From NCBI GenBank assembly GCA_030167865.1, contig JALAGF010003801.1, forward strand, positions 1-64,000: a stretch of 64,000 nt of DNA. Reading direction: 5' to 3'. A program made the translations under genes and the position numbers. How positions within the stretch are numbered: the stretch's first letter is position 1; each line of letters begins with the position of its first letter. The notes under the pieces are model-generated. The model was not told the DNA's origin and did no database searches. It saw only the letters and a program-made list of their open reading frames with translations. Positions 24,048-37,119 of the stretch are shown piece after piece. Source of the DNA: Craspedostauros australis (taxonomy: Eukaryota).

Positions 24048-25489
24048 GGTCGTTGGCACAAAGTGTTGGGTCGATCAAATGAATGGTCTGACCATTGATG
24101 TGGTTTCGTGTCGAAGATACGCAGTGCTCTGTTATTGACGATGGTGTTGGCGACGTCATCTTGTGGCAACAGTTGCGGTGTTGGCTGAGTGATGTGTGGA
24201 TTCTGTTCTGCCGACGCAAGTGGAAGAAAGATACAATGTTAGTACCATAATTATGGTTTCTCTACCACTTGAATCAACGTTCATATTGTAGATATACCTT
24301 ATATATAGTACATTGTGACAGATGGCCGAACAGACACGTTTTGGGGACACGATGGTGACCAAGCACGTTTTCCGTTCCACACAGAACGGAAGCGCGTGTG
24401 ACAAATTTGTGGAGGAATGAGAAGTCACATCGGACGCGGTTGGCTGAAAAAGACCGACATGACGCAGACACAACACAAGAGAGGTCAGACAGAAAGAAGA
24501 GAAAAATGGGGGAACTCATCGCGCCATCTCTGCGCGTTTAGCGATCGGCGGTGGTCCGAACAGAAAAAAACTGGGGTGACTGATGTGGAAGCGCGGCGGC
24601 GCAACACGCGAAACGTGAAGCGCGTTGAGGTATGACACAAACACTCCCTCCACCCACCGACTCACTCACCCACCAACACGCAAGCGGTTCTCGTCCTCGT
24701 GACACCCCCTCTCTGACTCCATCCGCACTCTTCACCTCATCTCATCTCTCTCCCTTGCAGTAGCGTCAGATCCTCTGTTCTGTTCCACATCACTCACACA
24801 CACACACACACACACAGATACAGAGGTGCAGAGAGACGGTGTCCTTCAGATCAACAAAAAGGACGAGCAAGTCAAGGCCAAAAATTCAAACTCCGCAGTT
24901 TCTTCGCGTTGTCTTGCTATCTTCGTTTGCTGCTTTGGTTGGGTCCTTGGATCATCATCGTCATCATCTTGCTCCAATCGGCAACGATCCACCACCATTG
25001 TGGCAATAGAGAGGATAGGAGCACTGACACCACAAGGCATCTCCCCCCGCTTTCCACATCGACACCTCCCCAATCTCTGCTTCAACCACAGTCGCAGTAC
25101 CGCCGCGCACACGCAATAGTTCGCGCCACACACAAACAACACAATAGTCGTACGACACAACACGGCAAAGTGCGACAAGATACACGGCGCTCCGCGATAC
25201 TTCACGTCGCTCTGCCATCCGAACTTCCAAATTTCAGCTTTCTCAGCGTTCTCAACACAAAAGATCTCCATCGGAACCATCATCGGACCTTCGCACAATC
25301 GCAAGTTCCAGCACCATCCACCTCAACATCACGCTCAACATTACCCTCAACAGCCGCAACAGCAGCCGCAACAACGCCGATAGGAACACCATTGCTCGTC
25401 CTGCAGAACACCCGACAATACCAACAACTATACTCATACCGACACCCACCATACCAATAGTAACAGCAACAGCAGCAGCAACAGAAAAG

Positions 25490-27067
25490 ATGACAGAGGT
25501 AAGAATCAGCATGCCAACCAGCGGATCCATCGGAACCAGCATCGACACCAAGTCAAACGGCAACGACGACATGCTGGAGACCATGCTCAGGGAGGCCGAG
25601 ATGCTGGCGGCCAAGATGGTCTCTCCCAAAAGCGCAAAGCCCAAGAATGCCACGGCGGGCAACTCTGCCGCCACTCGTTCCACCGCGACATCGGCGGATC
25701 TCAACCAGGTGCCGGATGCCATGGAGGGATCGTTCGCCAACCAGGACGCCAGAAGCGGCTGCTCCAAGTCGACCGACGTCCCCAACAACCGCGGTCCGCG
25801 ACCAGCCAAGGCCGAAGACCAGGGCAATCTGGACGACGTCCTGCGCCAATCGGAGGCCCTGCTGGACAAGATGAAGACCAAGGGCAGCACCGACGCATCG
25901 GCGAGCACGCCCGTCGAGAACCTCGCCACCGAGGCGCCCACCTCCGTCTACGTCCTGCACGAGGCCTCCATCCCGGACGACGTCTCCTCCGTGGGATCCC
26001 AGTCCCTGCGACACGCCGCCTTCTCCAGCAGAGGTGCCAAGCTGGCCTCCTCCATGGTCAACGTCACGGACGCGCTCAACACTTCGCGCTACATGGCGGA
26101 GTCTCTCCGGCAGCTCACCAACATCGAGGAGCCGCACCCCTCCACGCCGACACCGGCGGAACCCGACGACAGCACGCCCGTCGACCACAGCTCGTCGTGC
26201 TCGTCGTCGGCCAACAAGCAATCCATCTCGTCGCGCTCCGCGCGCTTCCAGGCGCCCATCCCTGACTTCCACAGGCACAACCCAAACGCGACGTGGGAGA
26301 AGGTCGTGTCGGCGCAGGCCGGCGACGAGGACTACGTCGAAGTCGTCGACTTTTCGGCCGAGAAGGGCACGAACCTCATCGCACCGTTGCCGCAGCGCAA
26401 GACGCGTCTCGAGAGCTTCAAGGAGAAGGCCAAGATCCGGAGGAAACAGCAGCTGCGCACTCTTGGCGTCAGCATCGTCCTCCTTCTCGTTCTGGGTGTC
26501 GCCGCCTTTGTTCATCAATCTAAACATCTTCCGGCACACAACAACAACAACAACAGTGTCGGTGCCAAGCGCAGCATTATCGATGGCAGCAACACGCACA
26601 GCAGCAATAGCAACAACAGCGTTGGCAATATCAGCCAACGCGAACTCGACATGGAATCCATCAACAGCGTGATGGAAGGAAGTGCCGCTGAGCAGGAGAC
26701 AGGCGCCACCGCGGCCTCCGCCGCCGCCCAACCATCGCATGCCATCGTGGGCAGCATGGGCGCTGTCAGCGTCACCGAAGACCTGCCGGAAGCCAAGGTC
26801 GCCAAGACCAAGTCGTTCGTCGAACATCTCTTCGGACAGAACCAATCCATGAAAACCGAGCCAGAGGAACCAGCCGAGATCGCCGTGCCGATCAACAGCA
26901 ACGCGCTGTCGCTGGACTCGGCCAGCATGCCCAAGGGATGCAGGAACTTCTTCTTCCGCGTCTTCCGCAAGAAGTGCCGTGCCGTCGTGCGCGAGCGCAA
27001 GGAGAACATCAAGGTGGCACAGCGCGAGGCCAAGATCCAGCAGCTCATGTCCGCCAAGAATTATTAG
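25490..27067 (+). CDS. Hypothetical single-pass membrane protein, 525 aa
   Basis: Long ORF with strong GC3 bias. One TM (LGVSIVLLLVLGVAAFV) after a basic stretch; C-terminal C-x(10)-C pair. Confidence 0.75.
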   Translation: MTEVRISMPTSGSIGTSIDTKSNGNDDMLETMLREAEMLAAKMVSPKSAKPKNATAGNSAATRSTATSADLNQVPDAMEGSFANQDARSGCSKSTDVPNNRGPRPAKAEDQGNLDDVLRQSEALLDKMKTKGSTDASASTPVENLATEAPTSVYVLHEASIPDDVSSVGSQSLRHAAFSSRGAKLASSMVNVTDALNTSRYMAESLRQLTNIEEPHPSTPTPAEPDDSTPVDHSSSCSSSANKQSISSRSARFQAPIPDFHRHNPNATWEKVVSAQAGDEDYVEVVDFSAEKGTNLIAPLPQRKTRLESFKEKAKIRRKQQLRTLGVSIVLLLVLGVAAFVHQSKHLPAHNNNNNSVGAKRSIIDGSNTHSSNSNNSVGNISQRELDMESINSVMEGSAAEQETGATAASAAAQPSHAIVGSMGAVSVTEDLPEAKVAKTKSFVEHLFGQNQSMKTEPEEPAEIAVPINSNALSLDSASMPKGCRNFFFRVFRKKCRAVVRERKENIKVAQREAKIQQLMSAKNY

Positions 27068-28204
27068 AGGAGACAAACAAGCAAACAAACAGCAACAACA
27101 CGAGCAAGCAAGCAACACAGAAAGACTTAGAACTTAAATTTCGTTCCATTCAATCATTCGTTGGTTGGTTGGTTGGTTGGTTGGTGGTTAGATTCCAATA
27201 TTGTTGCTTGGTGTTGGAATAGGTTCGCGCTTCGGGGAGTCCCGATGAGAACGGTACAACCAAAGCGGCACCTTTGCATTGATCCGAAACGTGTCGCTTC
27301 AGGAAGTTGTTTTGACCGTACACAATCATGGATGGCCGTATGACAACAACATAACACCCGTCACAATAAACGGTCGAATACAAACTGTTTCACGACACGG
27401 TCGACTGCTCCAACAGCGAACAAGAAGTCATTGAGTTGCGAATGTGACATCAACAAGACGCCAACTCAGCGAAGCGTTTGGCATGACTACTTCACACTGC
27501 TACAATTGCGGTAAATCAGATATCTACCTTGATACAGTCAACTTGTGACCTTTCTCATCAATGACCAGACAATACAAAGATACTGCAAAACAGCCGCGTG
27601 ATCGACTGAGTCGACCACTGGTTTAGCGAAACTGATTTCCGACTTTTCCAGAAGTGAACAAGAAGTGACGAGAACAAGCTGAAAAGGCGCGTTCGCTGCT
27701 GTTGATGTTGGACCACGACTCGGTGAGCAAGCGGCATCAGAGGAATGACTTGGTGTTGTGTCAACATCACCGACCCGGTGAATACCAATACATCACTTGT
27801 GCAGCTATCGTGCTGTAATTGAATGAGCGAGCTACAAGGATGCAACCTTGGTTGGCGTTTCTCCATGCCCGTGTGTTGCAAGTCTCTCATGGCTGGTGAA
27901 GTACGAGTCGCTACCTCCCCTGGATGGTGAGCGTCAGACGAGGACTCGCGTTGTTGGTGCTATTCGTGCTGCGATCTCCAAAACCACAGGGGGGAGTTCC
28001 AGTGAGGAGCCATGAAGAGAAGAGATCTTCACGCAACCACCGCGTCCGACAAGAGGTGAAACCAACAAACAGCGAAGCCCCATCCCGTCTGCCAAAGATC
28101 TCGACACAACCCACAGCCGAATCTCAACAGCACACAAAAAGGATTGCACAAAAAAAACACCACCACCACCAACAACACATCGAGATCCGTCGCAGTTTAC
28201 AACG

Positions 28205-31200
28205 ATGCACAGTTTCACGGCATCATCGTTGCTCCTCGTGTGCGCCAGCATCCTGTGCGGCGCCGCAACATTGGCTTCGGCATCGGTACGTTTCCTGCAA
28301 ACTGGCTGTTGCTCGGATTGGCATGGCGTGGCGCAACGTAATTCGAGAGTGGCACAAGAGGCAGAGTCGGAACCGACACAACGCCAACATTGCCGCAACC
28401 AACCACGAGGAGACAGAAAGATAGAGGACATCTGCCGCACCATACCATACGCCCGGCTCTACTTCGCGCCATCTCTTGCTCCTTCATGAGCGCGTTGCCT
28501 CTCTCCCCCCTTCCTTTTCGAATGCAGAAAACGCCCCAAGTCTCACAGTGCCATGTTCACCGCCTGCTTCGTACCCCGCATTCCGTACCACCCATCGCTG
28601 CATCGCTACATCCTTACACCGTGCGCTATGCGCTGCGCGTCGTACGACGCTGGATTCTTTCAATCATTACACGCCTCATGCCCTCATGCCAACCAAACAG
28701 ACGGAAGACAACCGTTTGCTGAAAGAGCCCTGCTCTCTAACCACCTTGGTCACCCGCTACACCGACAGACCAACCAGGGAGCGCCCGTACTGCCGCCTCG
28801 AGGGAGACGATGCAGCCGTGCACGGCCACACCCTCCTCAAGATCCCAGGACTGACCACCGCATGGATGAAAGAACACCATGTCCGTCCAAAGCAGCCCAA
28901 GCTGCACACGTTGTTCCTGGAAGGTGCCGTGATCAACCTCAACAGCCACACCCTGGAGTTGCCGGACGGTGAAACGATCGATAGCATGTTGATCGACTAC
29001 CTCCCCGGCCAAGAGGACGATTCTCGCTTGTTGAAGGGTTTGGAGCCCTCTGCAGATACTCTCGCTACCCGTGCGGCGCTGGCAGGCGGCCGTTCGGAGG
29101 AGCACGGGAGAGAACTGCAATCAATGCTCAGGGACTCTACTGGAGAGAAGACGTTCTTCATCCTTCGCGTGCTATTTTCAGGAGGGGAGAGCGTCCCGCT
29201 CCAATCCATCAAGGACGAAGTGTTGAACTCGGATCCCACTTTCATGGATCAGTTCGCGGCTGTCTCCTACAACAAGTTGACATTCACAGCCAAGGATACT
29301 GCCGGATCGGTTGGCGGGATTGCAGACATGGATGTTGGCATCGACATCTCTGAATCCACATCACTTGATATCACAATATCCATCCTAGAAGAGTTGAACA
29401 CGACGATCGACATCTACGATGACTTCGATCACTTTCTGTTGTTGTTTCCCTACGGAACTGTGGAGGACGACAGCAGTCCTCCTTCCACCGAATGGGTCGG
29501 TAAGTCGCATGGTGCTGCGTTTCATTTCATTGCATGCTGTTGCTATCTGGCGGTGCATGTCACATGTGTGCACGACTACCACATTTCCGAAAGAGGCGAT
29601 GGGTTCTCTCGCAATCCACCAAGCCACGCCACGCCACGCCATGCCTGCTTGTCACTATCCTCCTCTTACACTCGACCATTACGCTCTACTTGATACTTGT
29701 ACCCCGTCGTCTGATAAAACCGAAATTCTCCTCCTTCCAACAAAAGCCTACGCCGAATCATTTGGAAAAGTCTCTGTCTACAATGGAGATGTCGACTTTC
29801 CCGACCAGCACTACGCATTCAACAACATCGTGGTCTTGCACGAAATAGGCCACAACATGGGACTTGACCATGCCAACGAGTTCGATGAGGAATATGGTGA
29901 TATAAGGTGAGTCCGCGATACAGTGCGGTAATCTTCGTGAGCTTGGCAAGCAATCCTTTCTGTGTTGTGCTTAGATGCCATGGTGATATCCATCGCCGCG
30001 ATCTGTTGGTGCATTTGAGAACTGCTGCTGAGTGCCGTCATCTGTCCTCTCACCTACCACAAACAACGCCTCTTCCCTTTGATTCACACACAAACGGCAA
30101 TCACAACCACGATACTCCGCCACTTCAGCGGGGTGATGGGTTCAAGTGACCTGATCGGTTCCGAACTCAAGGGCTTCAATGGTAAGAACACGCTGAATAC
30201 CGAGTACTGTGCACTAACTCGGTGCATAATGTACGAATGTCTATGCCATGTTGGTTGATGACCGTCTCGTGCTTGTCCAGCATGCTGCATTGCGGAAGGT
30301 ACAGCGACGAAGGGACACAAGAACTGGTGACCGATGCCAGTGCCGTTGCGATGCGGGCGCTTGTCGCGGAGCAGCGCTCGACGGTACTCTACATATCATT
30401 GTACCCCTACTCGTACATGTCATGCTACGCACCCTGTCGTATATATTACAAACGGCACTGTTTCCAATGCTCTCTATTCGTACACGATACTGCGTATCCG
30501 TCCTCACGCTCTCTGATTCAACCTCTGATTCAACCTCTGCACAACACTGTCCACGCAACAATACCAATGCCATCACTCACTTTCTTGCTCACCCAATCCA
30601 CATATCAGGCGCAAAGAGTTGGGAACTTGGATGGTACGCTGATCAGGCAATCGTGCTGGTACCTGGTGCAGACATTGACTACACCACCAGGCTTTGTGGC
30701 GTGGTCGATTACAACCCCTCTGATACCAGCTACAAAGTTCTCATCCGAATCGATGATCCCAATTCCATCCTCAACTACGTCGTCTCCTTCAACCGAGCGT
30801 CTGGATTCAATGCCGACTCCGGGGAGGGCCGCGATGCCGTCTTGGTCATGAGCTTCAACGATATTCTAGCATCGGAAGAGGATGACGACTTTTCAAACCT
30901 AGAGGCCAAGCTCGGTAGTGGTCAAGTCCACACGATCAACGAATCAAGCTCCACATTGAATGGGCTCCGCATCATCGCTTCGCAGATTGACACAGATACC
31001 ACATCACCCATGTGCGCAACTGTGCGTGTGCTGATGGATAACAGCGTCTCCCCAACATTGATGCCAAGTAGTTCCAGCGCTCCAACAACAGGATGCAGGG
31101 CATGGACCAATGCGAGAGCCCCGCTCTTCTTTTTCGATGACAGCGTCCTATCATTCCGTTTTGATGTTGATCTCAAGAAGGATGTCGACATTTTCGCAAT

Positions 31201-31879
31201 GCGACTGGTATTACCTGGTGACTCGGATCAACCGTACACGATCTACTTCAGAAACAGCACTTGGTTTGCTGATGGAGGGTGGACGCAGATCGCGGCAGGG
31301 ACAATCAAGGCGAAGGGTGGCGATGACTTCACGGATGTCATTACGTTCGATCAGCCGCTGGCGCTGCTGGCAACTGATGGCACCATTGCTCTCCGTGTTG
31401 ACACGGCAACGAAGCCGCCAGACAAATACACTGGCGATGGACAAGTTCCGCATCCTGAGGAGGATCTAGACTGTCCTAATTGTCCATTCCAGGTCAAGTA
31501 TGGAAGGTCAAGCAGCGATGCGACGGACTTCCCTGACGGTATTCTCTCGTCCTTGTTTGATCCCTTCCTGGGCACACTCATGTTCTGCGACCCGGCCTCT
31601 TCGATGCCATCTTTCGTCCCCACTCCATTGCCATCTTCTTCCCCATCGGCTCGCCCATCTATTTCCCCGTCAGCTTCGCCGTCGATGCTCCCAACTGATC
31701 AGCCATCTTCCAATGCCACTTTTGCACCTACCTCGGTTCCAACCTCGGTTCCGACCTCGGCCCCAACCTCATCGGCGCCTGGGCTTTCTCGCACGAAGAC
31801 GAGCGGATCAGTCTGGCGATTCGCCCCTTGGGTGACGGCATCTTTCGTCATGTCCGTATCGCTGCTCTTCAATTCGTAG
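28205..31879 (+). CDS. Secreted/cell-surface M11 (gametolysin-like) zinc metalloprotease; 5 exons, ~787 aa
   Basis: Exons 28205-28285 (signal peptide), 28701-29499, 29747-29906, 30129-30181 and 30609-31879, all GT-AG with consistent phases. The spliced product has HEIGHNMGLDH, Met-turn YGDISGVMG, FNGAKSWELGWY, a P/S/T-rich stalk and a hydrophobic C-terminus. Confidence 0.88.
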
Positions 31880-32967
31880 GTAGCTGGGTAGGCCAAACCG
31901 TCGGTTGCAAACAGAGCAACACCACATCACACCTGCAGGCACACCCGAGCAGAGCGCTTTCGAGTGAAGGGTCTCACTTTCCATCGTGGGAAAACATGCA
32001 CATCCCGCATGCTGACATGCTGTCTGCCAATATTCTTGGAATATGGTACGGACAGTTATGCACAACTACGCGCTCATCTCTCTACGACCACCCCGCGCCG
32101 ATGCTCTGCCGAACTACCACAGATTGCGATGAAGAACAACACCACCAAAAACAAGCCAAACGGGGATCTTCCATCTTCGTTGTATTCCCAGCGATTCGAT
32201 TTGTTGGGCTCATGATCAGCCGCTCCCTGCCCACTGAAGCTAATGGGGGCATGCTCTGCCCGCATTCGGTAACACGCTAGTGTGCCATGCGAGTACATGT
32301 ACGATTACTCCTAATACGCTATTGGACTTGACATTAAAAACTAAAACACAGACATTGGCATCGACACAGAAGTCGATAATCGTTGCTGCAGTGATGCCCC
32401 GAAGGTTTGAGCTTATCCCATCCCATCTCATCTCATCAATCAGCCGACGCGGCAGCCGTCACCGCAACTGCCACTTTCAATCGGAGGAAACTAACCTGTC
32501 AGGCACCGATGTCAGCATGTGAGCGAGACCATTTATTGATGGTCTCGCTCATCACGTCCCGTGGCGATCAATTTGGTTTGAGATCTCTGTGAACGCGCGC
32601 TTCGGCTTGGTTGTTGAACGCCTCTCGTCGTTGAGGTTTGCTACCGTACTTCATCTCCTCCATCGCGGATTGCTAACTTCTACGTCGTACCCCAATCTAT
32701 CGAGAGAAATGGGCGAGTGCAGGGAACCGGACGGCGATGCTGCTTGATGGTTTGCCAGGAGGCGATCATGCCGGCAGCGTCATGAATCGAATGAACAGCG
32801 TTTGGTGGCCTGTGTCCATGAGAGATGGCTTCATTTTGGTAGCGGCTGAGTAACGCACTCATACGAGTACTCGTGCCATCTCTTCATATCGGTCCAGTCG
32901 GCGTAGTGATTGCATGCGACACCACGAATTGATTGTGTGCAATGGCTTGATGCTTGGTGGAATCGCT

Positions 32968-34953
32968 TCACGGTTGCACGCCAAGACGCTTCGCAAATTC
33001 CGCAAGGTACAGATCCATCTGATGCGGTTGTCGATGGTCAAAGACTGGCTGATAAGCCTCGATCAAGGCTGATTTGCGCTGGTATTCGGACTCCGGCTGG
33101 CTGAGGATGTGCTCCATCGATTCGATGAAGGTTTGCTGATTCGTCATGTTCACATAGTAGGACAGCTCCTTCCATGGCACGAACGACGGCATGATATCGT
33201 ACTGCTGCGGTGCAGTGAAGATCGGCACGGTGCCTGACATGACAGTGTCCATCAGTCGGTTGGCACCCCAGGTATCCCCACGGACGTGGAAGCCGTACTT
33301 CGACTTGGCCAGGGTTGGGCACTGGACACCCTTTCCGCACGCGCCGACTGAATAGTTGCCCTTGTCGAGCCAGTCGCACAAGTGCATCCTATCAAGGTAG
33401 TTCGGATCCTCCACGTTGATCGATGCGATCATGGAGAAGTCGTAGATCTTGTTGCTTTGCTTTTCTTTTTCACACGGGGTTCCGACGTAGAACGATGGGA
33501 TGTTCAATCGTTCGCTGTCGGGAAATTGGCGTTGCGGCAAGTCGGTGGTACCAAGGAGGGGCGTGGACCGCTGGAAGTACTCCGTGTACTGATCCGCACG
33601 CGCCATGCTTGATTCGAATCCAATGCTGTTGCAGCTGTGAAGGTTGGAGAGGAAGCCACCCCTGTTTTGTTGCTGGTTCCGCTGGGCTGATTTATCGGGT
33701 GCGGTCATGCTGGTTGGCAACACCGCCCTGTACGCCTTCTGGAATTGGCGATAAATCCAATACTTTTCGTACCGTGCCTGAATGCGCTCCGCCTTCGTTC
33801 TTCGTCGACTTTTGTTTTGGTGGCGCTGCAGAAACTGCTCCACCTCCTGGTCGACCTCCTTATCCTCGATCGCCTTCCTCTCCAGGAACTCTCTCTGCAC
33901 TTGATTGAGACGCTCCAACTGAGTCTGTGAAATTGTGGGGACATGCATTTTTGTGTAAACATTTGGCTGCGACTTGACGATGACATGGTCCCTCCCTTGA
34001 TGCTTCTGGAACCATGGCGATCGTCCCAGAGCCTGATCGGCGCGATGGAGGAACCGCCTCAGCATTCGCCTTCTCACGATCTCGTACGGGTCGATTTCCG
34101 TGATGATGGTGCCGCAGAACTTTCTTCGGTATGTCGTGTAATTGGACAGCTCCGGCAGCGGCGAGTCGGGATCGTACTGCGCGATGCACATGTCGAGATC
34201 CGCCTTCGATATCACCCAGTTCCACAAGATCGGGACGAAGAAGAGCTTTGCCTCGGAGGGATCCATGGTGCGCATGGGGTGCTGCCTCGCACCGCGCAGA
34301 AGCCAAAAGTCATCAAAGTGCTTGTAGGAGTACTTCGCTCTTTCCAAAGTGTCGCGCAGCAGAGTCGTGTTGCTTGTGGAATTCCACCAGTCCAGTTCGG
34401 CACCTTCGTACATGTAGAATGGAACGTTCAATGCCGACAGAGTGTCGCCAAACGGTGGGGACGTCGACACTGGAGATGGTCGGTGTGGCTGTGGCTGTGG
34501 TTGCGGCTGCGATGGCTGTGGCAGTCCCCCAAGCAATTGCAAGCTGCGCGCTTGTTGATTTGAAACGGCACTGTCGTTGTGGTCCGACAGAACAACGTGC
34601 ACGTAGAGGTATGGAAACGAGGCAACGATGGCAACCAGCAAGTAACCGACGAGGAATGTGCTCGTACTTCTCTTCATCGTGGCACGCCTTCTGCCAGTGC
34701 CATTGTTGATGCCGCCACGGCCGCCCTTCGCTGCTGTCCTCCCTCTCATTTTAGAGCTCATGGAGCCCATTTTGCGGCTCTCCGCCTCCTGGCACATGTT
34801 TGTGGTCCTTCCCTGTTTTTTCAGCATGGTTGACTTCAAAGTTGATGTCGATGTCGGTGTCATTTTTTGGTTGTGTACCTCCTTCCCTGTTCGTCCTGGC
34901 CTGGTTGCGGTGAGGCTCTCTGGTGCTGGCTTTGGTTTCGATTTTGGTGGCAT
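32968..34953 (-). CDS. Exostosin-family (GT47) glycosyltransferase, type II membrane
   Basis: TM FLVGYLLVAIVASFPYLYVHVVL; motifs HPMRTMDPSEAKLFFVP, SPWFQKHQGRDHVIV, SKYGFHVRGDTWGANRLMDTVMSGTVPIF. Confidence 0.9.
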   Translation of the reverse strand: MPPKSKPKPAPESLTATRPGRTGKEVHNQKMTPTSTSTLKSTMLKKQGRTTNMCQEAESRKMGSMSSKMRGRTAAKGGRGGINNGTGRRRATMKRSTSTFLVGYLLVAIVASFPYLYVHVVLSDHNDSAVSNQQARSLQLLGGLPQPSQPQPQPQPHRPSPVSTSPPFGDTLSALNVPFYMYEGAELDWWNSTSNTTLLRDTLERAKYSYKHFDDFWLLRGARQHPMRTMDPSEAKLFFVPILWNWVISKADLDMCIAQYDPDSPLPELSNYTTYRRKFCGTIITEIDPYEIVRRRMLRRFLHRADQALGRSPWFQKHQGRDHVIVKSQPNVYTKMHVPTISQTQLERLNQVQREFLERKAIEDKEVDQEVEQFLQRHQNKSRRRTKAERIQARYEKYWIYRQFQKAYRAVLPTSMTAPDKSAQRNQQQNRGGFLSNLHSCNSIGFESSMARADQYTEYFQRSTPLLGTTDLPQRQFPDSERLNIPSFYVGTPCEKEKQSNKIYDFSMIASINVEDPNYLDRMHLCDWLDKGNYSVGACGKGVQCPTLAKSKYGFHVRGDTWGANRLMDTVMSGTVPIFTAPQQYDIMPSFVPWKELSYYVNMTNQQTFIESMEHILSQPESEYQRKSALIEAYQPVFDHRQPHQMDLYLAEFAKRLGVQP

Positions 34954-35595
34954 CTCAAGTGATTCGTGGCAGCGTTGTTGCACACATTACTGTTCCTCGC
35001 ATTAGTATTGTTTTGCCGCTTTGGCCATCCTCCTCCAATCGTGGTGTTTGGTGGTGTTGGGCTGGTGGATCGACGAGAACACCCCGAGGTCGAGTCTGAA
35101 TTTCCGGAACTTGTTGTGGGGTGTGTGCGTGCGTGCGTCACCAAACAGGTTCCGTTCGATTGCACGGCACTGCACGCGTCAATTTGCTGCGTTGTCTGTT
35201 TACTGAAACGTATAGTTAACGTTAATATCTTTTTTGTGATGAAACCAATGCGCTCTGCAACAAATGAGAGTCGTGGATACAGACGACATCGGAACGATAC
35301 TATGGAAAATGGAATTATGACAGCAGATCCCAACGATTGAAAGAGGAGGAATCGAGATAGAGTGCAGAGCAGCGGACTGTCAACGAAGCGAGCACACAAG
35401 AATGATTGTGCGCAAGTTGAGAATGCGACCAGGTATCGCAATGGAACTGATGCAGTCACCTGTGCCATACAGCCTCTGTTGCTTGTTCACCACAACATGT
35501 ACGAGTAGCTGGGTATTGTTGTAGTATGATACATTCAGCAACGGAAAAGAAATGCATCGAGCAGGTGCATCTTGGATGAATCGTACGCTGTGCTT

Positions 35596-37119
35596 TCATG
35601 GAACTCGTCGGTACACTATCGACAACTCGTTGCTCTGGGGGATGTGGAGAGGCTCCAGCGTGACGACGAAGTTCCTGATGCCATCTCCATGGTTGAATCT
35701 GCTTCTCCAATCTTTCTTGCTGCTTCTGGCCGTAGTGCAACTGCTGTCTCTTGCAGCATTTGGGGAAGTTGCGGGGGTTGCAGGAGTGGCTGGGATCGAC
35801 GACACTTGCATCTTGCAAAACTTCGTGGAGTGCCCTTGGATGAACGGCGAGATCGCAGACAAGGAAAACCTTGACGATGTCAGCAGACCGTGCTCCAAGA
35901 GATGGCGCTTGAACATGTTGTCTTGGCATATGACTTTGACGATATCATCACCAGTGAACTTGCCTGCCAGTGTCGGATAGGCCAGCATGTTGCTATTCAG
36001 GACGTCATTGTTCCGACAGCTGCTGTCGATGTTACCTATGTCATCTGCGAACATATCAAAGAAGGACTTGCCAACAATGGATGGGCCGAGCAATGTGGTT
36101 GCTGCACGATTGGCGAAGCATATTCGAAAGGGAAAGGATGACAGCGTTATGAGGCTGAGGTGCTCAAGATACAAGGAGTGAATCGATGGAAAGAATGGGG
36201 TGAATGATGTACTCTTTGCCGAGTGCGCGTGCATCGCCATAACCGTACATCATGCAAGATGAATCACGCTGAAAACGCGGGATGTTCGTTGTCAACAAAA
36301 CTGCCATCTCCACCAAAAGGCTGTGAATGCTATGTACTTGCACGCCGACTTGACCAACGTTCGAACCATCGCGATGGGCACCAATCTCAATATTGACGCA
36401 GTCATGGACAGCGTAGAGAAGAGTGACCAGTTTACTTACGTTGGTTGCCCGTTGGCATGCCGCACCATCCAACATGGACTGTGGGTCGAAGCTTCATCGT
36501 CGCTTCTGGCGGACATGATTGACGCGGATCTTACCCTGTCTCCAGCACCACCCTGATCCTGATTTTTTATTGTGCTCACTTTCTGCCGCTTGGCTGCCGG
36601 AAATGGCAAGTCGGGTATGCGCGATGTATGGTTGGACTGGAGATGCTGCGGGAGACGAATAGTCGAGAATATGGCATCAGCTGTACGAGAATGCATATGA
36701 TGAGGAGCACCATGCACCCGGACTCCTGGCACATACGAGGGCATCTCACGATCTGATGTAGCAGCTGCAGCCCGATCATGAGACATGAGAAGCATGAAGC
36801 GAAACTTCCAGTCATCAGCACATCCATGCGTTGCTGAAGAGGAAGTGACGGAATCATCCTCAGCGCACCGTGCCGCTGGAGGGATTGATGCGACATGGTC
36901 CGAGGATGAACTGCTGCTCGTTTGCTCCTGAAATGACGCAGTCGAGTCGGATGACGAAGACTGGTACGAGAAATGATTGTCGTCACTGGAAAGTTGTCCT
37001 TCACCGACAGGAACCGTTGAATCGGTATCAACATCGATGGTTGCTTTGACGCCAACAGTGGCAGTGGCACTTTCTTCGCAGTGATCGTAGTCAGGTTGGG
37101 GGTTGACTTTGTGATCCAT
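35596..37119 (-). CDS. Putative PAS-like domain protein; 3 exons (tentative)
   Basis: Exons 37119-36440, 36320-36249 and 36154-35596, with phase-2 GTAAGT and GTACGG donors and CAG acceptors. The join gives ...MILITLSSFPFRICFANRAATTLLGPSIVGKSF, resembling the start of a PAS fold (PF-x-I-x-x-x-N-x-A). Ser-rich N-terminus with a KRQK NLS-like motif. Confidence 0.5.
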
